This document shows positions 24,401 to 33,010 of a stretch of 64,000 nucleotides of DNA, one piece after another. The stretch lies in NCBI RefSeq assembly GCF_016432865.1, contig NC_067400.1, forward strand, positions 612,932,001-612,996,000, written 5' to 3'. The stretch comes from Antechinus flavipes. Its lineage: Eukaryota. How positions within the stretch are numbered: position 1 is the first letter of the stretch; every line of letters begins with the position of its first letter. The notes below the pieces were generated by a model, which was not told where the DNA came from, did no database searches, and was given only the letters and a program-made list of their open reading frames with translations. The position numbers were made by a program, and so were the translations under genes.

Positions 24401-26413
24401 TTTTTAAAATTTTTTTTTTTAATGATAAGAGGACAATTTACAATTGTCTGTGAAACCTAACTGCTATTTATTGGAACTATAGCTGTCTGCCTGTCCTGTG
24501 AAGCAAGCTTATTCCTTCACACAGGAACTGCTGGCCAATCTATACTGGCCTCCCCACATATTGTTGCAGGTCCAGACTATTCTAACTTTGTTAGATTTAG
24601 TTTTTTTTTTGTTTTTCTAGATTTTGGTCAAATTACAGATTATTGAATCTCTTCTGAGACATGGATCGGCCCATCTGAAGCTTATATTGACACCACACCC
24701 ACACCCCTGCATGGATTGAGCACTTTCGCCCATTTCTCAGCCTGAAGCAGCTAAGATCGAGACCATCGCCAGTGCTCCTGATGTAATTTGGACTGATATG
24801 GGGGAAGTGGGAAAGTGGTTGATGAATTATTGTTAAAATTACAACTCTATTACTAGAGTTAGAAAAAAAATGCAAATATTACTGTGTGTTTAAGATTTGG
24901 GATGGAAATTATTCAAAATGGTAACTATTGCTGTTAAGGAAGTTATAATATGTTTATAATATCTATGTTCACTTCAGAATATGTAATTGTTTAAGGTATT
25001 TGATTTGATTTGATTTGATTTGATTGATTTTAGGAAACTCCTCCTGTACTAGACTGTTATGTATGTAGGAACTTTAATTCACTCTTGGGATTTATATGTG
25101 GATGGTTATTTGACTATTTATTATTATTATTTTTTGGATGATTCCTTTCCATGAGGAAAAAAAAAGGGAGAGGAAGAGATAGGGAACTAGAGAAACTGGT
25201 GGATTTTTCTCAAAATACCTAAAAGAGTGGGAACCCTTAGTTTTCTTTCACTTTTGCCTTACGTACTTCTGCCCCACCCCCTATACCACCAGTTCAGATT
25301 GAATTGGAAGTCCTTAAACAATCCTTTTTGTTTTTACTATGTTTTAGCTTTGAAATCCCTTATTCTGTGGAATTGCCCTGGCAGACTCAGTTTTGGGAAC
25401 TATTCTGTTTTAAAGAAATCTCTAAGATAAAGACACTTGTCTTGGGACTGGCAATCTCCAGCCCTGTAACCCCAGTTTCTTAACTGGTACCTCAGCATTT
25501 TTAATAACATTGCCCTTTTGAGATCAAGCCTCTAAAGTTTGGGGTTTGCCTGCCTTCATGTTCTAACTGTGCATGCTCTGATAGCTCTGCTCAGAAATCT
25601 GTATTCTAGTAGCAGCCCTGTCTGTCCCCCTGAGTGGGGACAGGTGGAGCTACACTAAGCCTCACCCTTCTCCCCTGGAGTGGGTTGCCCCTCTGAATGG
25701 GCAGCATGACTGTCTCGAGCCCTGCTACTCCCTCTATAAGCAGAAGCTGAGTTAAGTGCACAAATGACTGCAGACCCCCTAACACAGTGAACTGTCCATC
25801 TCAAACTGGATTCTCTGACTGAGATGAGGGCCTTTGTACTGCTGATAACTCTGGGGTTGTCAGGAAGAGACTTGTCCTTGCCATAAGTCCTTGCATTTTC
25901 TAGTTTCATTTTGATTTATTTGCCTCACATTGGATTGGTAAAAATTATGGTGCTGAGACCTCCCAGGTATCTTAGGGAGGTAATTCAATAATTCAAATAT
26001 TCAGAAGAAGAGTGTGTAATGTTGTGCCTCAGTTTCCCTAGGTTGTCATCTTTATTTATCTTTGTATTTTTATGTTTGCCAAATGCCAATCTGTTCTGTG
26101 ATAACTGTTTCTAAGATAGTTGGTGGAAGCAATTTTTATGGTATGAACTTATTGCAGTCAATGGTATTATCCTGTTGCTGCTATGTCTATCCTGTATAAT
26201 TACATTAGTAACCAGAATAGTTCAGTGGTCCCTATCAAAATATTGCATACAGAAAATGCTATTAAAATGATGATTCTTCAGAGAAAAGACTGGAATGTAT
26301 TAAAGAGGGATGATCTTGATTGTGAACTTGATAAACAATGTATAGATATATTAACTGATTTTGAAAAGTGTGTAAGTTCTTCATAGAAATGTGATAAAAA
26401 TCATTTACATATT

Positions 26414-26425
26414 AGAAGGGGGGAG
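26414..26425 (+). promoter_or_regulatory. Polypurine tract
   Basis: AGAAGGGGGGAG immediately 5' of the 3' LTR. Confidence 0.85.
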
Positions 26426-26426
26426 C

Positions 26427-26964
26427 TGTGGGGAATAGATAAGGTGAAGAACTTACAGGAATGTATGAATTCTTTTTCTGTATTTTATTATTTCTGTGTC
26501 TCCCCTATGACCTGTATATGTGCAGGCTCATATCTACTTGAGCCTTGGCCAGCTAGAAACATATTTACTTAACCTGAACTGATGACATTTATTGGTATTT
26601 GACATTTATCAATATTTAGTCTATTAGCTGGACCACTGTCTGCTTGATTAAGCCTGAAGGCCTGACTTTGTTTCCCAGAAATCAGGAGATTTCAGGGAAA
26701 TAGAAACCTTCCATTCCAATCTCCCCAACTAGCAACAACCAATTAGATGCCTCCCCCTCCCCTTCTCAATGCTCTCTTACTTGTGATGTAATTTCTTGTA
26801 TAAAAGCTATGTATTTTTACTACTTCTTTAGCCCTCCTACCGCGAGCTTATCTTGCGATGGGACGGCTCATCCTCCGGAGGTTTTTCAATAAACAACTTT
26901 TCTGCCTTCTACTGAGGGATCTCTGAGTAGTCATTTTGGGTAAGGGTCTTCTACATCCCTCACA
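26427..26964 (+). mobile_element. 3' LTR
   Basis: No mismatch to the 5' LTR on line-by-line visual comparison. GAS at 26672-26680 and 26691-26699. Confidence 0.95.
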
Positions 26965-28429
26965 TTCTTGAGCTCTGTCCCTTTCTGTGTTTCTAACCTC
27001 TGTCCTACATCGCAAGGACCTAGAAGGGTCACAAGCCTTTAGCGTCTTCCTCTTCATCCCCTCAAGGAGAAGACCATGCTTCAGACGGAGAGGAAATGTA
27101 GCTCCAGATTCTTCCACAGAAACTGGGACCTTCGGCAGCTGCCGGTAAGAAGGGGCGCTCCCCACCTGTCAGTCCCATATCACCTTTCTCCAAAATCTGT
27201 CGCATCTCCATTTCTCTCCCCCTTCTGTCGGTCCTCCCCCGTCTCTTCCCCTGTCCCCTTCATCAGCCTCTCCCTCACAACGCCTCTCATCTCTCCCCTC
27301 ACAGCTGTCAGTTCGGCCCGTGCTCTTAGAGGCTGAGCTGAAATTGACTCTGGAGGTCTTGAAAGCCGTAACCAAGCCGGAGTTGGACAGCGTTCTGGCT
27401 CAGCCCCTACAAACGCTCAGCCACATCCACCAAGAGATCCAAAGCTGTGTGAGTACCGGAGGGTGGGCGGGGCTTCCCTGGACCAATGGGCATGGAGCTA
27501 TTCCCTGTCTCTCAGGTGCTTGTGTCCCTTGCAGTGAGGCTGAGAGACTGCAATACCTGCATCCCCCCTCCCCCCACCCATCAAATGCCTTGGTCCTCTT
27601 CGCTTTTATCAAGTCCACTCTCTCCCTACACAGGTGACTTCCAGCCCTCTAAAGAACACAGGCTTCCAGGACGCCTGAAGAATTGGCTGAACAAATTCAG
27701 TGAGGCCAGAAAGGTAAGTTAGAAAAGTTTCAGATCTACAACTAGCACCTGGGGGTCCAAGGGAGGAGTCAGAGGGGACCCCAGAGTCTGGGCAGCAAGA
27801 GACTCTGTCTCCCTCTGAGGTACTCAGGATTCCCCGGAGGAACTTATCCCTGTGTCTCTTCTCTTCAGGAGCCTCACAATTGCCTCGAAGCATCCATCAT
27901 GCTCAATCTCTTCCGACTCTTGATCCAAGACCTCCGATGTGTAGCCTATGGGGACCTATGTTGAAGATCCAGACTGAGCCTGAAGTCTGAACCTGGACTT
28001 TAGCACTCCAAACTTTATTTATTGACCAACATAATTTATTCTAACTTATTTATTCCCTCCACCCCCAACATAATGTATTCTAACTTATTTATTCTCTCCA
28101 CCAATTTATTCTAGTTTATTTATTCCCTCCACCCCCAACACTCACATACTTTATATGCCAGAGGATAGTTTTGTGCTTTTGTTATATTTTATTAAATAAA
28201 TAAGGAAACACAAAAAAATTGAAAGTCTGTCGTTTTGTAGCCATTTTCTGTGTAACTATTTGTGGCGATAAGGAATTGTGATTGTGGGTTTCTGTATGTA
28301 GTTGTGAGCAGGTGAGATTGTGCATTTGTGGGTATGTGTATGTAACTGTAGATCTGTGTATAGCTGTGAACAGGGTTATGGATTTGTGAGTGCATTTGTG
28401 GGTTTGTGTATATAGTCACAGGTCTGTGT

Positions 28430-30400
28430 ATGGCTGTGAGCAGGTGAGATTGTGGGTCTGTTTGTGGGTGTGTGTACTTGCAGGTCTGTGTATGGCTGTG
28501 AGCAGGTGAGATTGTGGGTCTGTCGGTGTGTGTGTGTACTTGCAGGTCTGTGTATGGCTGTGAGCAGGTGAGATTGTGGGTCAGTCGGTGTGTGTGTGTA
28601 CTTGCAGGTCTGTGTATGGCTGTGAGCAGGTGAGATTGTGGGTCAGTCGGTGTGTGTGTGTACTTGCAGGTCTGTGTATGGCTGTGAGCAGGTGAGATTG
28701 TGGGTCTGTCTGTGGGTGTGTGTACTTGCAGGTCTGTGTATGGCTGTGAGCAGGTGAGATTGTGGGTCAGTCGGTGTGTGTGTGTACTTGCAGGTCTGTG
28801 TATGGTTGTGAGCAGGTGAGATTGTGGGTCAGTCAGTGTGTGTGTGTATTTGCAGGTCTGTGTATGGTTGTGAGCAGGTGAGATTGTGGGTCAGTCGGTG
28901 TGTGTGTGTGTACTTGCAGGTCTGTGTATGGTTGTGAGCAGGTGAGATTGTGGGTCAGTCGGTGTGTGTGTGTACTTGCAGGTCTGTGTATGGCTGTGAG
29001 CAGGTGGGGTTGTGGGTCTGTCTGTGGGTGTGTGTGTGTACTTGCAGGTCTGTGTATGGCTGTGAGCAGGTGGGGTTGTGGGTCTGTGGGTGTGTGTGTG
29101 TACTTGCAGGTCTGTGTATGGCTGCGAGCAGGTGAGATTGTGGGTCTGTCTGTGGGTGTGTGTGTGTACTGGCAGGTCTGTGTATGGCTGTGAGCAGGTG
29201 AGATTGTGGGTCAGTCGGTGTGTGTGTGTACTTGCAGGTCTGTGTATGGCTGTGAGCAGGTGAGATTGTGGGTCAGTCGGTGTGTGTGTGTGTGTATTTG
29301 CAGGTCTGTGTATGGCTGTGAGCAGGTGAGATTGTGGGTCTGTCTGTGGGTGTGTGTGTGTTACTTGCAGGTCTGTGTATGGCTGTGAGCAGGTGAGATT
29401 GTGGGTCAGTCGGTGTGTGTGTGTACTTGCAGGTCTGTGTATGGTTGTGAGCAGGTGAGATTGTGGGTCTGTCTGTGGTGTGTGTGTGTACTTGCAGGTC
29501 TGTGTATGGCTGTGAGCAGGTGAGACTGTGGGTCAGTCGGTGTGTGTGCGTACTTGCAGGTCTGTGTATGGCTGTGAGCAGGTGAGATTGTGGGTCAGTC
29601 GGTGTGTGTGCGTACTTGCAGGTCTGTGTATGGTTGTGAGCAGGTGAGATTGTGGGTCAGTCGGTGTGTGTGTGTACTTGCAGGTCTGTGTATGGCTGTG
29701 AGCAGGTGAGATTGTGGGTCAGTCGGTGTGTGTGTGTACTTGCAGGTCTGTGTATGGTTGTGAGCAGGTGAGATTGTGGGTCAGTCGGTGTGTGTGTGTG
29801 TACTTGCAGGTCTGTGTATGGTTGTGAGCAGTGAGATTGTGGGTCAGTCGGTGTGTGTGTGTACTTGCAGGTCTGTGTATGGCTGTGAGCAGGTGAGATT
29901 GTGGGTCAGTCGGTGTGTGTGTGTACTTGCAGGTCTGTGTATGGCTGTGAGCAGGTGAGATTGTGGGTCAGTCGGTGTGTGTGTGTACTTGCAGGTCTGT
30001 GTATGGCTGTGAGCAGGTGAGATTGTGGGTCAGTCGGTGTGTGTGTGTACTTGCAGGTCTGTGTATGGCTGTGAGCAGGTGAGATTGTGGGTCAGTCGGT
30101 GTGTGTGTGTACTTGCAGGTCTGTGTATGGCTGTGAGCAGGTGAGATTGTGGGTCTGTCTGTGGGTGTGTGTACTTGCAGGTCTGTGTATGGTTGTGAGC
30201 AGGTGAGATTGTGGGTCAGTCGGTGTGTGTGTGTACTTGCAGGTCTGTGTATGGCTGTGAGCAGGTGAGATTGTGGGTCAGTCGGTGTGTGTGTGTACTT
30301 GCAGGTCTGTGTATGGCTGTGAGCAGGTGAGATTGTGGGTCTGTCTGTGGGTGTGTGTACTTGCAGGTCTGTGTATGGTTGTGAGCAGGTGGGGTTGTGG
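28430..30400 (+). repeat. 62-bp TG-rich minisatellite (VNTR), ~32 copies
   Basis: Unit gagcaggtgagattgtgggtcagtcggtgtgtgtgtgtacttgcaggtctgtgtatggctgt, with a variable internal (TG)n length. Confidence 0.95.
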
Positions 30401-30846
30401 GTTTGTATGTGTGGGTATAAGTTGGACTGTGGGAATGTTGGTGTCTGTGTGCAGTGACCTGGATCTCAGTGTGGGTGCAGCCTGGGTCTCCTTTGACCTT
30501 ACTTGTGGGCTCCACTTTTCTGGGAAGGTAGCACCTGGCCTGGAAGATTAGATTTCAGGGAATAGGGTCTCCAGTCAATCAATATTGGCTGACCCTGAGT
30601 TCCTTGGGCACAGGTGATGGGTGCCGGGGAAACGGTGTGCCCTCTTAGAGCAGCCACTTGGATGCTGGGTTTGGGAGAGCAGGAGGGGTCAAGTTAAAAC
30701 TCCCAGGTGCTGGAATCCCACTGCCTACCCTTGCCCCTTATCTCTTCCTGGCCAGGTTTTCCCCTTCCCACAATCTCTCCCAAGGCTCTTATAAGGAGGT
30801 TGGGGAGCAAGGAGGACAGGTGCCTGTGTGATCTCTGCCTTTAACT

Positions 30847-31257
30847 ATGGCACCATTTCTCTTGCCATCACTCCTCCTGTTGGCCCTTCTGAGGGCCCTG
30901 CCGGGCACCCAGGCCGCGTGTCCCGTCCCTGCCACCCTGAAGCCCGCCGAGGGACCCCGAGAATGTGCCCGCCTTTATGACAAGAGTGACGCCTACTATG
31001 AGAATTGCTGTGCTGGAGCTCAGCTGAGCCTGGAGCCCGGGGTCGACCTGCCGTACCTGCCCTCCGACTGGTACCACAAAGCCTCCTCCCTGGTGGTGGG
31101 TCCCCGCTGTGAGCTCACAGTCTGGTCTCGCTCCGGCAAAGGGGGCAAGACCCGAAAGTTCTCATCCGGAGCCTACCCTCGGCTGGCAGAGTTTCGCCTC
31201 GGAATATTTGGCGATTGGAATAACGCCATAGGGGCTCTCTACTGCAAGTGTTACTAA
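30847..31257 (+). CDS. SYCN: Syncollin, 136 aa (signal peptide, Cys-rich)
   Basis: [15 protein letters not shown]...[36 protein letters not shown]...[25 protein letters not shown]...[18 protein letters not shown] closely matches syncollin. TATAAG at 30790-30795; syntenic position between IFNL and NCCRP1. Confidence 0.97.
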   Translation: MAPFLLPSLLLLALLRALPGTQAACPVPATLKPAEGPRECARLYDKSDAYYENCCAGAQLSLEPGVDLPYLPSDWYHKASSLVVGPRCELTVWSRSGKGGKTRKFSSGAYPRLAEFRLGIFGDWNNAIGALYCKCY

Positions 31258-31724
31258 GCTGGCCTGGGACCCCTCCTCACCCATCGCAGCCCAAGCCTTG
31301 TACCCTGATCCCATACCCTCCTCATTGCCACCTGTGACTGCTGACTGGCCAAATGCCCAGGTGAGCACCTGATCCCAACTCTGGTGCCCCGAGACTATGA
31401 ACCACCAACTGCAGGGATTCAGGAGACTAAGTTCCCAGAGCTTCGCTTCCAAGAGCCCCGGAGTTCAGCCCATTAGCCTTCTAGGGCTAGAGGAGTCCAC
31501 TCTCACCCAGAATCCTAAAGTTAGCTAGGGTCCTGTATCCCTTCCGGGAGTCCCAACTGGGCCCCTTGTTCTATCCTATATGCCATCATCTGGACCCCAG
31601 AGCTGACCTGGACTGTGGAGACTGAGCTAAGAGTGAGTCAGGAAACCAGGCACTTAACTTGGACCCAGCCAGGAAGCCCATAGGAAGCTCACCTGACCCT
31701 TCTTCCTTTTCCTCCTCACTCCAG

Positions 31725-31830
31725 GTCCTTCGCCCCCTTTTTCTGCCCCATCGCTCACTCCTGCTGATCAGCTGGGGACGGTCTCAGATGCTGGCTCACC
31801 CCCTCAATAAAGAGCTTTTGTGAAAATATT
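31725..31830 (+). other. SYCN: Probable SYCN terminal (3' UTR) exon with poly(A) signal
   Basis: Donor CAG/GTGAGC at 31360/31361, branch-like ctgac ~31693, polypyrimidine tract and CCAG acceptor ending 31724, AATAAA 31806-31811. Confidence 0.6.
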
Positions 31831-33010
31831 CAATACCTTCTCTTCCTCTTTAGGGGAGTCAGACTCAGTGTCAAAACTCACTTGAAGTTTGAGAGCTCTG
31901 TAGAGCATCGTCCCCATTGGAGAGTCAAATTCAGGGATCAAAGAAAAAATACAGAAATAGGGACAAAGTCACACACCACGACTTTAATCTAGACATTTCT
32001 ATAGGAAAAGATGATGAGGAAGAAACTTTGGGAGAACATCCCACAAAACATAACCCAGGGAGATCTCTAGGGAAGGCTTTGGTGTCCCCAAGGGAGGTAC
32101 TGAGGTAACTATGAAGGGTCTTCAGGGAATATTGAGGAAATATGGAGTTCTTAAGGAAGATATTATTTGGGATGTGAGCAGTGTTTAGGGAGATATTAGG
32201 GGTTTCTGGGAAATAAAATAAAAGGATATTTAGAGCAATGATTTTGAGGGGAGATGAAGGGTTCCAAGTGAGTTGTTTAGAGAAAATAAATCTCTGAAGG
32301 GATTTTCAGGAGATGAGAATGCATTAGAGAGATATTAGAATGAACAGGTCACTGTGAAGAGACTTTTTGGGAAGGATGAGATGACCCTATGTGGATTTTT
32401 TTTTTGAATTTGAGAATGGCGTGGGAATCCTTGAGGGGATACTCTCCCGGAGAAGAGACGTTCTTAAGGGGGACAATCAGGGGTTTAGGGGAGAAAAGGC
32501 GGGGTCCTCAGGGCATATTTGACAAGATATTTTGGAATTCCCAGAACAGGTTTGGGAGAAATAAATTGGGAGGATATTTGAGAGGATTTGAGGGATTCCT
32601 AGAAATTTTAGGAGCTGGGGGTTCCTTTGGTGGAGGTGTTTGGGATGAATTGATTTTGGTTTCTTGGGAAAATATCTGGCCTAAGAGGAGCAATATATTT
32701 GGGAGGAGAGGAGGTGTGCTTAAGTGGGGCAGGCAGGAATTAGGAAAGTGTGGCCCAGCCTGGAGGGTCAAGTTCTAACTCTGATAAATATTAGCTGTGT
32801 GACCCCAGATAAGTCAGCCTCTCCAGAGACAAAAATAATACACAACATAAGCAGAGGGAGTGTCCACAAGGGGAATTCCTTACCCTGATGATAAAACCAA
32901 AAAAGAGAAAAGAGCCTTCCCAGAAAGTGAGGGAGATCACCTGAAAGAGGGATCAAGGACAGGAGGGAGAGAAGGGGTCCCTGGGGCAGAGATGCACGAG
33001 GGGTGACAGG

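Larger units (their letters stand above)
20890..26964 (+). mobile_element. Full-length, apparently non-autonomous gammaretrovirus-like (class I) ERV, 6,075 bp
   Basis: TG...CA LTRs at 20890-21427 and 26427-26964 (538 bp each). The 4-bp TSD TTCT (20886-20889, 26965-26968) restores the empty site cttccTTCTtgagct seen in copies 1 and 2. PBS and PPT are present. The ~5-kb AT-rich interior has no gag/pol/env-length ORF in the six-frame track. Confidence 0.95.
20558..27964 (+). pseudogene. IFNL3: Interferon lambda copy 3: ERV-interrupted intron 1 and frameshifted exon 4 (probable pseudogene)
   Basis: Exons 20558-20734, 27067-27144, 27305-27448, 27634-27713, 27869-27964, with splice sites intact. 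Exon 4 begins gtgacttCCag versus gtgacttCCCag in copies 1 and 2, giving VTSSPLKNTGFQDA* (TGA 27676-27678). Intron 1 is 6,332 nt versus 252 nt. Confidence 0.75.
1..30678 (+). repeat. Tandem segmental duplication array, ~7.9-kb units, each with an IFN-lambda gene
   Basis: The window-start sequence tttgcataagacataattgc recurs at 7934 and 15816 (periods 7933 and 7882), and the ORF track repeats near-identically. Homology to the SYCN-proximal unit ends at 6845/14735/30678, so the natural units are (partial)1-6845, 6846-14735 and 14736-30678 (the last enlarged by the ERV and the minisatellite). Confidence 0.95.

Noticed and set aside
28430-30400. Regularly spaced repeats resembling a CRISPR array
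   Set aside because: Units are contiguous with no unique spacers, and the context is eukaryotic.
28900-30551. Cys/Val-rich ORFs (MCVCTCRSVYGC...)
   Set aside because: Translation artefacts of the TG-rich minisatellite, not a metallothionein- or keratin-associated-type gene.
30704-30720. Possible PTF1 bipartite site (CAGGTG + AATCCCA) upstream of SYCN
   Set aside because: The TC-box deviates from TTTCCCA; too weak to call.
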